Source: Nitrospirota bacterium
Lineage (GTDB): Bacteria; Nitrospirota; UBA9217
Length of the DNA stretch: 64,000 nucleotides
Assembly (NCBI GenBank): GCA_963845065.1
Contig: CAWJQQ010000001.1
Location: 352,001-416,000 of the forward strand
Direction: 5' to 3'
Positions within the stretch are counted from its first letter, which is position 1. Each line of letters opens with the position of its first letter. The position numbers were made by a program, and so were the translations under genes. This document shows positions 1 to 12,300 of this stretch, one piece after another. The notes beneath the pieces were generated by a model that was not told the DNA's origin, searched no databases, and worked only from the letters and a program-made list of their open reading frames with translations.

Positions 1-183
1 ATTTATTAAAGCATGCTATGCGGAGGCTAGAGTATATTAACCTTGCATCAACTCTTGATGACTTAAAGGGGGTCTTCGGATTAAGTGGTTAATTTCGAAT
101 TTTCGTTAAGTAATACGACAGGTTTAAAAATCGGAATATCTGGTTGGTCTGGGATAAAACTCGCCACATTTCTGCGTAGAATA

Positions 184-651
184 TTATTTTTGCCGCTTTA
201 TAAATTCCTCAGGTGTCAACGCTTTCATAATAAGCATATCTTTGAAATGTGCTGAATCCCAGCTTATAAACAATGCTCGCTCCGTCAAGGAACTATTGAC
301 TAGATGTGCTATTAATGCATCACCAAGGCTTGCTTTTCTCTTCAGTAGTTCCATAATATCTTTTATCGTAGGAGAGGGGAATTGGATATCCTGACTATGC
401 GATGGAAGAATATCCACCCCGAATTTTTCTGGTAGGTAATAGAACAATTCCTGCAGCTGCCGGCTGTTTAAATTAAAGGACAGTATTCCGCATACCTCCA
501 GAAGATTAATGATACTTGTAACACCGTTCCCAGACTTCCCAATAAAATTCAAAAAAGCCTTATTTGTGTTAAAATTAGCGTCATTCGAATATCTTAGATC
601 AATAATAAAAACATTAGAATCAATAAAGATTATATTCTTTTTCTTGTCCAA
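184..651 (-). CDS. PIN-domain (VapC-like) toxin
   Basis: N-terminal IFIDSNVFI, later LGDALIA and FISWD PIN motifs; overlaps the upstream antitoxin. Confidence 0.8.
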   Translation of the reverse strand: MDKKKNIIFIDSNVFIIDLRYSNDANFNTNKAFLNFIGKSGNGVTSIINLLEVCGILSFNLNSRQLQELFYYLPEKFGVDILPSHSQDIQFPSPTIKDIMELLKRKASLGDALIAHLVNSSLTERALFISWDSAHFKDMLIMKALTPEEFIKRQK

Positions 652-890
652 GACATCGCCTCCTTTGCGCTCGCGAATCTTGGAGTGGTTTTTCGAAGAG
701 CATCCTTTATGTCATTCCACGCCTCATCAATATTTCTAAGAGATGACTTCCCTAGTGTATCTTCTGTTGCCGGGGAGATCAAAGCAAAAGGTTTTCCTCG
801 CAGAGTGACAACCACCCTTTCTCCTTTTAAAACCGTTCTCATCGCTTCACCTGTTTTATTCTTAAGGTCTCTCGCAGTCATTGTTTTCAT
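630..890 (-). CDS. Phd/YefM-family antitoxin
   Basis: MKTMTARDLKNKTGEAMRTVLKGERVVVTLRGKP is a typical Phd/YefM N-terminus; GGAGG-like RBS upstream; precedes a PIN gene. Confidence 0.85.
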   Translation of the reverse strand: MKTMTARDLKNKTGEAMRTVLKGERVVVTLRGKPFALISPATEDTLGKSSLRNIDEAWNDIKDALRKTTPRFASAKEAMSWTRKRI

Positions 891-1044
891 GAGCCCTCCT
901 ATTGGTAGCTACTTAATATATACTATAGCTATATTATAACTTACATGTGGTATCGATACAAGTGCTTAATTTTGCTATGCATCAACCCACAGATCAAATT
1001 TGGGATAAATAAAATTTATGCTCTATCAACCATTAAATCCGAAT

Positions 1045-1196
1045 ACCCCTTAAAGGTTCCTCCAAACATCCGACTTCACGCTTTGAAAGACGACCGTGTG
1101 GGTCAATACGCGATTTCAATCAACGACCAATGACGAATTTGTTTTCATTTTAAAGACGGCGATGCTTACGATGTCGAAATAACCGATTATCATTGA
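1045..1196 (+). pseudogene. higB: HigB (RelE-like) toxin remnant
   Basis: Frame reads PPNIRLHALKDDRVGQYAISINDQ*RICFHFKDGDAYDVEITDYH*; TGA at 1131-1133 replaces the conserved Trp of INDQWRICF; N-terminus not recognisable. Confidence 0.85.
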
Positions 1197-1206
1197 AAGG
1201 TGTACT

Positions 1207-1519
1207 ATGGCCATCGCAAATTTAGATGTCCGAACTGTGAAGCCGACTCATCCTGGAGATGCTTCGTGAAGACTTTATGGCTGATTACGGGCTTACTACA
1301 GCAAGCCTCGCCGAAGCTCTTGGCGTTTCCCGTCAAACGATCAACGAGATATTGCATGAACGCAGGTCGATTTCACCGGCTATGGCACTGTTGCTATCTC
1401 GACTTTTCGGAAATTCTCCTGAGTTTTGGCTCAATGCCCAGCGTTCAGTAGATCTTTGGGAGGCAAAGAAGCGTCAGGAAAAGAAGCTTAGGCGGATACA
1501 ACCACTGAGCGCTGCCTGA
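1207..1519 (+). pseudogene. higA: HigA antitoxin (HTH), frameshifted near 1258 or translated truncated from 1259
   Basis: ATG 1207 gives MAIANLDVRTVKPTHPG, then the frame shifts into MLREDF...LAEALGVSRQTINEI...SPEFWLNAQ; the canonical HPGEML lacks 2 nt. Confidence 0.8.
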
Positions 1520-1617
1520 TACTTATCACTATTTGCTCAGCCCACTGTCCAGCCCTTCATGACGCACGCGAGAACTGGTTCCTAAGGATCGCATGAAGCC
1601 CAAATATAAAATGTTAA

Positions 1618-1661
1618 GGCTCATAACCGGAAGGTCGTCGGTTCAAATCCGGCTCCCCCGC
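1618..1661 (+). other. 3' half remnant of initiator tRNA-Met (att-like scar)
   Basis: GGCTCATAACCGGAAGGTCGTCGGTTCAAATCCGGCTCCCCCGC matches the anticodon loop (CAT) and T-arm of tRNA-fMet; no 5' half, no CCA. Confidence 0.8.
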
Positions 1662-1716
1662 GACAACAGTCATTTCCTCAATCGTTCGATTTAGGCCGCC
1701 AAGCAGGTTGACAATT

Positions 1717-2018
1717 TCATGGCCATTGCTTCCGGAGGGTCTTTAGCCCTTTGAGATAATCTTCGTATTCCAGGTTCGATTCCACTCCATACTCCGCAAG
1801 GAGATCAATCATCTTTGAAAGCGATACCCTGCCAATCGAGCAGCCTTTTCAAGGGATGCTTTGGATTTATTGTACTTTTCAACGGCAAGCATGATCCTTC
1901 CGTGATCGAGAAGTTCGCATACAGTCTTGGACATATCTCCCTGTTCTTCCTTAGCCAAAGAAGAAAGAAACTTATAATCCTTCTCATCGATGCGTATGCT
2001 CAATGTTTTTGTAGCCAT
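1717..2018 (-). pseudogene. UPF0175-like antitoxin, frameshifted
   Basis: MATKTLSIRID...ASLEKAARLAG, then a 1-nt deletion near 1828; continues VSLSKMIDLLAEYGVESNLEYEDYLKGLKTL in another frame. Confidence 0.65.
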
Positions 2019-2048
2019 ACCTTACTCGTGAAGCCTATGGCAAGGCCA

Positions 2049-2144
2049 ATGCCTAAAGTCTTCCTGGATACGAGCGCGTTCATCGCAGGGGTCGTCGCCC
2101 GCGAGGTCCTGCGTCTGGCGGAAATAGGGCTTATCGGATCATAG
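2049..2144 (+). pseudogene. PIN-domain toxin N-terminal fragment
   Basis: MPKVFLDTSAFIAG is a PIN first-strand motif; ends after 31 codons. Confidence 0.55.
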
Positions 2145-2380
2145 TTGAGACATTCGAGTCTGATCTGTCTTCAAACTTTCATAAAATGTAACCAGGATCA
2201 CATACTACTTTAGGATTTCCGTATATCATTTCATTCAAATACCACTTTTCGATTTGAAATATTTTCTACCGATAGGGCAACGCTAAAGGGCGCTTATAGA
2301 ATAGTAAAAGGGAAAAACAACGAACCGGTTCCTCCGAACATATCTTCGAGGCCATTCAGTGCAGGAGTCTGGACAGACGA

Positions 2381-3262
2381 GTGGGCTGTATGACAACAAT
2401 GATCGACAAACCATCGAGAAACCATGACACGAAACACCGCCGGAAGAGTGGAAACAACGCGTGTCCGCCCGCCGTGGGAAACACCGTACCTTCTCAGATA
2501 TTGATCGTTGATGACGATACCGCTCTCCTCGATCGGTATGTCGAGAGTCTTTCTGACGCCTATCGAGTCGTCTCGGCTCAGACCGGCCGGACTGCGATCG
2601 AGCGGGTGAAACGACGCAACGATATCGATCTCGCAGTCATTGAATATCGGCTGTCCGACATGTCCGGCATCGACGTCATGAGAGAGATCAAGGACGTTGA
2701 GCCCTCCGTTCTCGTTCTCATCGCCACGGCATACGGCGACGAGGAGGTGGCGGTCGAAGCATTTAGGAGCGGCGCCCGCGATTACCTCAAGAAGCCCTTC
2801 AGCTTATCCGAGCTTTCCACGAAGATCGACTTCTATCTCGCCCTCAGGCACGCGGATAAACAGAGCAGAAAGAACATCCTTCCCGGGTCCGAGACGCCGG
2901 CCCAGCCGGGAAGGCCACCTTCCACCGTCACCCTCAGCCAGTATCATAAGATCCAAAAGGGCGTTCGGTTTATCAACGATAACTACCGAACCGATATCCG
3001 CCTCGACGCCGTAGCCGTGGAGGCCTGCATGTGCCCGTCCCACTTTTCGAGAATATTCAGGAAGGTGATGGGCTTGTCCTATCAAGAGTATCTCAACGGC
3101 CGCAGAATCACGAAGGCCAAGAACCTCCTCCGTACCAGCCCCCGAAACGTAGCAGAAATCGCCATCTCCCTCGGTTTTGCCGATCCAACCGGCTTCGGCA
3201 GAATTTTCAAGAAGCTGACCAGCCAGACGCCTTCCGCCTACAGAAGCCTGCCCCGAAACTGA
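2381..3262 (+). CDS. Response regulator, REC + AraC-type HTH
   Basis: ILIVDDD...TAYGDEE...DYLKKPF receiver; C-terminal HFSRIFRK...IAISLGFADPTGFGRIFKKLTSQTPSAYR AraC signature. Start codon uncertain. Confidence 0.9.
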   Translation: MGCMTTMIDKPSRNHDTKHRRKSGNNACPPAVGNTVPSQILIVDDDTALLDRYVESLSDAYRVVSAQTGRTAIERVKRRNDIDLAVIEYRLSDMSGIDVMREIKDVEPSVLVLIATAYGDEEVAVEAFRSGARDYLKKPFSLSELSTKIDFYLALRHADKQSRKNILPGSETPAQPGRPPSTVTLSQYHKIQKGVRFINDNYRTDIRLDAVAVEACMCPSHFSRIFRKVMGLSYQEYLNGRRITKAKNLLRTSPRNVAEIAISLGFADPTGFGRIFKKLTSQTPSAYRSLPRN

Positions 3263-3279
3263 TTTTTTTACAAAAAAAG

Positions 3280-3330
3280 CATAAAAAGCCGAGAGCATGT
3301 CATAAAAAGCCGAGACAGGAGCGGTTGACA
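3280..3330 (+). promoter_or_regulatory. Tandem 15-bp direct repeat (21-bp period) upstream of TTGACA; probable AraC-family operator
   Basis: CATAAAAAGCCGAGA at 3280-3294 and 3301-3315; TTGACA at 3325-3330. Confidence 0.6.
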
Positions 3331-3340
3331 TCTGCTAGCT

Positions 3341-6300
3341 TTGTCCCGTATGAGAGCGAACCAGATCTGGAAGTCGGGAAGTTTCCTTATTGCCCTGATA
3401 GAATGCGGATCCAGGCTCGGGTTCCCGTTACTGCTCCTCTTCGCCCTGTTTCTGGGCGCGGCCCACTCCGCGCAGGCGACGATGGCGAGGGCCAGGTGCT
3501 CCTCCACGGAGCCCTCGGAGGCGGTACAGAAGAAGAACCCTCCGTCCCAGACTACCGCAACCATCGGCGTACCCTTCACCTATACAATCACGGCGCCGCT
3601 CCTCGGCAATCTGGACTCATCGGGGTCCTTCCACTGTACAAATGCTGCTGACGACGCTACCGTAACGAACGTGATCGTTACCGACGACCTCACGACGACG
3701 GGCGCGTCCCTAACCTACGTGACGAACGCCGCCTACCTGGTGAATTCGGCTACCGGCGCAAGAACGCCGATAAACGGAGGAGCACCGCTTAAACTCGGTG
3801 CGAGCAGTGCCTGGCTTGCCAGCCACTCCGGAGTCCTGTCCGATTCCACCAAGCATTTAGTCTTCTCCTATGAATATAATCCTGCCCTGGCATCCATCCC
3901 CGCGGGAGACAACATCGAGATAGACCTTACGGTCGTCCTCGACAACAGTCCTGCGAACAAGGCACAGACACAGTTTTCGAACACCGCCAACATGTGGTTT
4001 GGCAAGACGGACAAGGGGACGGTCATGACCGACCTCCAGGCCGAGCCCGGTACGACGCCACCCATGACGATCGTCGAGCCCAATCTCGTTGTCACGAAGA
4101 AGAGCTCGGTTTCGAACCTCTCCGCGGGGTCCAAAGCGCCCTATACCATAGACGTCCAGAACATAGGCGGATCAGACGCATGGAACACGACGATCACCGA
4201 CAACATCCCCGCTGGCATGTGCGCCTATGACCTAAGACCCACGATAACCGCAGAGATCTATGCCGCTGACGGCGTCACGCCGGTCTCGGGACCGCTCGTT
4301 CCCGGCACCGACTTTTCGGTCACCTGGAACGGCGGCACTTCATCCTCCTGCCAGATGAGCCTTGCCATGCTGACGCCAAAGGCTAAGGTCGGGCCTACCC
4401 AGCACCTGATCATAAACTACCAGGCAATGCTCGATGGCGGTATATCTTCCGGCACGTTCACCAACGTCGCCGGCGCCACCCGCTGGTTTAGCGCCGACAG
4501 CTCCTCGGCTTGCCGCCGTGAATACGACAGGACGCTTACCAATGGCACGCCGGGGATCCTCGATTTCCAGGACGCCTGTACCGTCACGGCCACCTCACCC
4601 AGCTATTACTTCCTGAAATCGGTCGAAGACTTAACGACCGGAGCATACCCGGCTGCCTCGGCCTTCCCCGGCGACAAGCTGAGGTATACGCTGCAGCTCC
4701 AGAACTTCACCGCCACCTCGCTTAACAGCGTCAAGGTCACTGACGACCTTGGCGCCTTGAACGGTTTTTCCGCCTTCGTCACGGGCACGCTCTCTCTTGC
4801 GAGTACTAACCTCCCCACGGGGACCTATACCGTATGCCCTACCTGCGGCACCAATAAGGCAGGCACCGTCACGATAAGCGGCCTTACCCTTGGTCCCAAT
4901 ACACAGTACCAGATCCAGTTCGATGTTATCCTGGCGGGAAGCCTAGCGAACGGCGCCGTAGTCAGGAACCAGGCAAGCCTGACCGGCACCGACTCTGGCA
5001 ACAAAGTATGGTCCGGCGTGAGCGACGACCCCAACATTAACGGACCGGCTCCACTGGGCCAAACGGGCGACATCACCTCCGTCACAATGCAGGTGCCAGG
5101 CGCCTTGTCGAAAACCTCGCCAATCCCCTCGACCGCAACTATCGGCCAGCAGTATAGCTACACGATCACGGTTCCGGCCGCCCCTGCCAGCGCTGCCCTG
5201 AGCGATGTGCGTATCCTGGACAGCCTGCCGTCCAACGTGAGCTTCGTCGGCGCAGCCGTCGTATCCGGAGGCACATGGAATGTGATCAATACCGGCAACG
5301 CGACCAACATCATCCTTCAGGATTCGGGCACGGGCATCGACATACCCGCAGGTGGCCAGGCCGTCATCAAGGTGACCGTGGTTGTTAATAACACTTTAGC
5401 TAACGTGAGCGGCGTATCCTTCACGAACAGTGCATCGTATACTTACAGCAAACGCAAGGGATGCGGCGCAACGACGACGGTAACCGGCGGTTCGGGAATC
5501 AGCTTGCCCATGACGGTTATCGAGCCTCATCTGACCGTCACGAAAACCGTGAGCTACTTTTCGCCATCCGCTAAACCGGCCACCAGCCCAGCCGCTGCAG
5601 GCGACGTACTCCAATATACCATCACCATGATCAACGACGGGAGCTCAACCGCGTATAACGCCGACGTCATTGATACGCTGCCGCCGAACGTAGTTCTTGT
5701 CGTCGGCTCCGCCACAGCACAGATGAACGGTGCTCCGATAGTTGGATTTATTACGAATCCTGCCATGCTTACTGGCGGCGTTATGGATTGGGGCTCCCGG
5801 AATGGAGACGGCAGCCTTGTCATACCCGTAAACGGGAAGCTGGTCTTGACGTTCCAGGCGAAGGTTCTGTCGGTCGACGGAACGACGATTGGCAACACTG
5901 CCTATACGGCATGGACATCGCTTTCAGGCAACGTTTCCGGCGAGCGCACTGGCGCCGGCTGCCCGAACATCACAGCGCCCAACAACTACTGTTCCGGCCC
6001 TGCCACCGCCACCGTATCATCGCAGGATCCCACGGTCCTTTCCAAATCCGTGGTCTCCGACAGCTGGGCCAGCGGACTAAGCACCGCCACTGACGCAACG
6101 CTTCGCATAGGCGACACCGTCGTTTACAGCCTTTCATTGACCTTCCGTTCCGGGACGACCCAGAACGTTGTGGTCACCGACACGCTTCCCTCAGGACTTT
6201 CCTATGACAGCCTTGTATCCATCGCCCCCGCCTCGGGCGGAAACTTCACCTACACCGTTTCCTCCCAGCCATCTCAGGGCGCAAGCGGGACCTTGACCTG

Positions 6301-9300
6301 GAATCTCGGGAACGTCTCGAATGTATCAGGCAGTAATGCCCTTAACACTACCCTGACCATCCAGTACCGGGCAAAAGTTATGAAGAACACGCTTTCGCAG
6401 TCGCCCGTGAAACAGATTTTGACCAACAACGCGGCAATGAATTATGCCATTAACGGCGTTGCTGCGACTCCTAAGACATCAAGCGCCGCCATAAACATAT
6501 TTCAGCCGATGCTTGGCGTTTCCAAGGCTGCCTCCCCGGCAGCCGGGGGCACCATTGTAAGCGCCGGAGAGCTCATCACCTATACCGTAAACATCTCGAA
6601 CACCGGAGCGTCTCCAGCCTATGATCCCGTGCTCACCGACACGCTGCCCGTGGGACTCCGCCAGAACGGCGTTACGACCACCAGCGTCTCACTCAAGAAC
6701 ACCGCTTCGAATGCGGTGGTTGCGACACTTCCCGTTCCCGCATCGCCGTACTTCTCGTATAACTCCGCAACAGGCGTCGCTTCCTGGAACTTCGACACAG
6801 GAGTCGCCAATGTCTACAGCGTCCCGCCGGGCGACACCCTCCAAGTGGTCTACCAGGTCAAGGCGGACAGCGTCATAGGCTCCGGGATCACCTTGGTCAA
6901 TAATGCTCTTGTCCAGCATTACTACTCCTTGGACAGCGTCGACGTGCCGGCCAACAGCGTGGTCGCCGACAGGCAGGTTTACGGGCCGACCAGTGCCGCA
7001 ACCGTTCAGCTGACCGCCACTTCCGCATCTAACCTTTCTGCGCTTTCGAAGCAGGCTCTGGTGTCCACCGCCGCACTCGGCCAGCCCTTCACCTACCGCA
7101 TCACGGTCCCCTCAACGCCGGCGTCTACGGCAATGTATAACGTTCAGGTCACTGACGATATAAGCCTCACGATGACCGGCGTGTCTCTTAACTATGTAGG
7201 CGCATCCGCCCGCCTTGCGTCAGGAGCCAAGTCCTGGACAACCCTTACTAATGCCGGGACCTCCACGAACCTGGTCCTGGCGGACACGGTAAGCGGCGGT
7301 CTTTATGTTCCCGCCGGCGACCAGCTTATCGTAGACGTCATCGTAGTGCTGGCAAACGACACGACTAACAACACCATCGGCAAGCAGTTCTCGAACACGG
7401 CGAATTACAAATACAACACGGTAAACGGCAACAACACCACAGGGGTTTCCGGCGCGCCCGGATCAAGCTCTCCCGTCACCATCGTGGGCCCAAATTTGAC
7501 CCTGACGAAGACCGGCCCAAGCACCATGAGCGCTGGTACGCCCGGCACCTTCACAATGAATGTGCAGAATGCCGGATCCGCCTCCGCATGGAATACGACC
7601 ATAACGGATGTCCTTCCCAACGTGACTGCACCGGCTAAGGGCGGCATGTGCGGCCAGGCTCCGGTAAACACCACGGCGCGCATCTACCAGCCGGACGGCG
7701 TCACACCAGTCTCTTCTCCTTTGATAAACGGCACAGACTTCACGGCCAGCTTCACTGGTCTCACGGGCACGCCGGCCTGCACCCTGACGATCTCCATGAA
7801 GTCGACGGCAGCCACGGCCATTGCTCCTACAAACCGGCTGATCGTCACGTATCAAGCTTCTCTCGACCAGGGCACCGCAGGGGGTCTCAGCCTCACCAAC
7901 GTTGCGGGCGCCACAGGATACCAGAGCGCCGACCCTTCGGCCGCCGGCGCATCAGGGAACGTGCACACCACCACGAACACCTTGACAAACGGCACGCCGG
8001 GAATATTGGATTTTCAGGATGCCTTCACGGTTACAACCGGATCTACCACAATGAGCTTCACCAAGACCGTATTCGATGTGACCACCGGGCAGTCCGGCGC
8101 AACCGCAAGGCCGGGTGACACTCTCAAATATACGCTTACGGTCCAGAACGCCGGCGGGTTCGCCGCCTCCGGCCTTTCCCTTACCGACGAGCTTGATAAG
8201 CTGAACCAGGCTGCCATGTTCGTTCCCGGAAGCCTGATACTCACGACAGTCCCCGCCGGCGCAAACGTTTCTCAGACATCAGCTACGGGTGGGACAAAAG
8301 GTACGGGTCTCGTAAATATCGGGAACCTTAATATCGCCGCTATGGGAGGGGCCAACAATACTTTGGTGGTCGCGTATACGGCCAGGCTCCTGCCCGCCAT
8401 CAACAGCGGCACTAAGGTTTTGAACCAGGGACAGGTCGGCTCTGCTACGCTGCCGTCTCTCTCAAGCAACGACCCTTCCGAAGGTGGTGGCGCCAACCCG
8501 ACCCAGACGACCATCGTCTCGGCACCGGTCTTCCGTGTACTAAAGACGGTACAGGATATGACATCAGGCACATCGATCGTCTCTGCAGGGGACACCTTGA
8601 TATACACCATCAAGGTGAACAACATCGGCACGGAGAACGCCGTGGGCGTGACTCTCAGGGACCTGATCCCGGCGAATACTTCCTATGTGGCAAACTCCAC
8701 AACCCTTAACGGAACGGCGGTGGCGGACATCAGCTCCGGCGTTTCCGCCCTCCAGAACGGCATGCCCATCGATACCACGGCAAACCCGACCCCGGGCGCC
8801 ATGCCCGCTGACGCTGCTGCCTCCGCCGCCAATACGGCAACCGTCACTTTCGACGTAAAGATCAGCGTAAGCGTGGTGAACGGCACTATAATTTCCAACC
8901 AGGGCTTTGTAGACGGTTCTGGAGCGGGGAGCGGTTCAGTCCCCGAACAGCCTTCCAGCAACCCGAACAGTCCCGTGCCGAACAGTCCAACCTCGATCGT
9001 CGTGGGAAATCAGCCGCTTCTCTATGCGCAAAAGACCGTAAAGCTCTCCGTGGACAATAACGGGAACGGCCTCGTGGACCCGGGTGACGTTATCCGTTAC
9101 ACCATCACCCTGACCAACTCTGCTGCTACACCTGCCTCCGGTGTTGTTCTTACCGACGCCGTCCCGGCCAATACAACTTACGTATCGGGCAGCACCACGC
9201 TTAATGGCAGCGCCGTAGCCGATGCCGGCGCCGGCGTATCACTCCTGGCTTCTGGCATGTCTGTCGTTTCCTCCAGCCCTACGCAGACTTCTTCGCCGTC

Positions 9301-12300
9301 CGGCAGCACTGTGGCCGCGAACAGCATCACCTTCGACGTCCGGATCAACGCCGGAGTAACCACCGGAACGATCATCTGTAATCAAGGCACCGTAACAGCA
9401 ACAGGTCTTAAACCCTTTTTGACCGACTCCGACGGCAATTCTACCAACGGCTACCAACCCACTTGCATCACTGTCGGGAACGCCGAACAGCTTGCCGTCA
9501 CCAAAACGTATGCCGTGATGGGAGGAGGCGCACCGCTTCCTGGCAGCATCGTTCAATACACTGTCTCCGCCACCAATATCGGCACGGTCCCGGCCACAAG
9601 CGTGGTGATCACGGATGATCTATCCCCGATCTTGGCACAGTCCTCCTATGTCTCAGGTTCTGCGGCAATGAATGGTTCTGTGAATGGCGTCAGCTTCTCA
9701 TCACCGGTGATCACGGCGAACTACGGCGCGACCTATGGCGCGCTGGCGCCTGGCGGAACGGCCGTACTCCAATTCCGCGTCAAGCTAAACAGCACGGCGG
9801 CTTCCGGCACTGCCGTTACCAACACTGCCCAGGTGGCTTGGAACAATCCACAACAAACGACGACGTCAAGCGTCACCCTTAATTTCAGTTCACAGCCAGG
9901 GATCTTCTCCGGCCGGATATGGCAAGACTCCAACTTCAACAAAGCGTTCGACAGCGGAGAACAGCCGTTCTCCGGATGGGCGGCGGATGTTTACAAGGAC
10001 GGCCAGCTAATAGGCACCGCATACACCGCTTCCGACGGCACTTACCAGATGAGTGGCCTCGCTCCCAATGTCGGGACTGCAAGCACGTACGAGATCCGTT
10101 TCCGCGCCCCCGGCGCGGGCACGAATACGGCCATGCTGGGATGGGCCGATTCACCGTTCACCAACGGCATGCAGCGAATATCGAACATCGTCCTTGCTTC
10201 GGGAGGAAGCATTGCGAACCTGAACCTCCCGCTGACCCCGAACGGCGTCGTCTACGATTCCGCCGCCCGGACCCCTATAGCAGGCGCCGCGCTTGTCATG
10301 CTCCAGGCCTCTACCAAGTCGCCGCTGCCCGCAGGCTGCTTTAACGATCCTGGAGCGCAGGGCCAGGTAACGCTTCCAGGAGGTTATTACAAGTTCGATC
10401 TGAACTTCAGCGACGCATCAACCTGTCCATCCGGCGGCGACTACCTGATCCAGGTCACGCCGCCCGCATCAGGATACGTTGCCGCCCTGTCAAAACTTAT
10501 ACCGCCGACGACGGACGCCGTCACGCCAACCTTCTTCGTCCCGTCCTGCCCCGGCGGCCCAGCTGACGCTGTGCCTGCAATTCCTGGTTATTGCGAGGCG
10601 CAGGCTTCCGTCCTGCCTCCGGCTGCCTCGGTGCATGCCGGACCCGTGACGGCTTACTACCTGCATCTTACATTCGACAACGCAAGGCCTGGGGACAGCC
10701 AGATCTACAACAACCACATCGCCGTCGATCCCGTGCAGAATAACGCGATCACCATCACGAAGACTTCATCGATGGTTAACGTCACGCTCGGCCAGATGGT
10801 ACCGTACACGATTACCATGACCAACACCCTGGGGGCCAATCTTACGAACCTGGAAGTCATTGACTCCCCGCCTCCGGGATTCAAGTACGTCGCCGGCTCC
10901 GGCGTGGTAGACGGCCAGAAGGTCGAGCCAACGAATAGCGGGACCCAGCTTACCTGGAACATCTCTACGCTTGCAGCAAATTCCCAGCACATCATCAATC
11001 TGATCCTGGTAGTGGGGGCCGGGGTCTCGAATGGCGATTATGTTAACCACGCCCAGGTCATGAACAGCGTCACCGGGGCCGTTCAGGCCATGAACAATGC
11101 CAAGGGCGCTGTTCCGGCCGTTAGCAAAGCCGCTGTCCCCGCCCAGGCCATGGCGGCCACTGGCAGCGCCGCTTCGGGCGTAGCGGTCGCCACGGTCCAT
11201 GTTGCGCCCGATCCCACGATGGACTGCACCGACATCATCGGCAAGGTGTTTGATGACTCCAACGCGAACGGTTATCCGGATCCGGGCGAGCAGGGCCTTG
11301 CGGGAGTGAGGATCATCTCGGCGAACGGCCTCATAGCGACTACGGACAAGTACGGCCGGTACCATATCACCTGCGCCGTGGTCCCCGACCCCGACAGGGG
11401 CAGCAACTTCATCTTGAAGCTTGACGACCGGACGCTGCCGACAGGCTACCGGGTTACCACGGATAACCCGCTTGTCCTCCGCGTGACCCGCGGCAAGGCG
11501 ATGAAATTCAACTTCGGCGCGACTCTCCACCGCGTCGTGCGCCTCGATATTGCGGACGGGGCTTTCGAGCCGAAAACGTCCGTCATGCGGGAGCAGTGGA
11601 AGCCGAGGATGGACATGCTCATAGGCGAACTTAAAAAATCCCCATCCATCCTCCGAATTTCTTACCTCGCTGACGTTGAGGACCGGTCGGTGGTTTCGGC
11701 ACGGACCGACGCGGTCAAAAAGATGGTGTCGTCCTTGTGGGGACAGGGACCCTACAGGCTCACGATCGAAACGGAGACCTACTGGAGGCGCGAAGGGTCT
11801 CTTGACAATAGTTCATTCGATAAATCTTCCGCCGTCGTGACCGCGGGAACGTACACGGCCGCCGTCCCGGCAGAGTCTTCTTCTTATGGTAATGGCGTTT
11901 CCGACGCGCCCTCCCTCGGTCAGGCTGTTGAGAGACATGCGGCTTCCGACCTTCCGCGAACCTTATGGGTGGAGGGCGGGGACTCCTCCGTTCATGCCGG
12001 ACACAGCGAGAAGGACAAGTCGAGCAATGCACAGGAAAAGACGGTGAAGACCATAAAGCAGCAGAACCTCGTACCGCCCCTGCGCTTCGGAACGGGAGAT
12101 GCAGATATCCCTGACGCGTATGTCCAGCGCCTGAAGGACATATTATCCGGCATGCAGGGAAAGAACAACGTCCGCCTGCATCTGGTGGGCCATACGGACA
12201 ATACGCCGATGTTCGGGGAAGCGAAGCAGAAGTACGTCGACAACGCGACGCTTTCCCGTGAACGGGCCAGGGCCGCTGCCCTTTATCTCCAGAAGGCCCT

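Noticed and set aside
1618..1661. Functional tRNA-Met gene
   Set aside because: The 5' acceptor strand, D-arm and CCA are absent; only a remnant.
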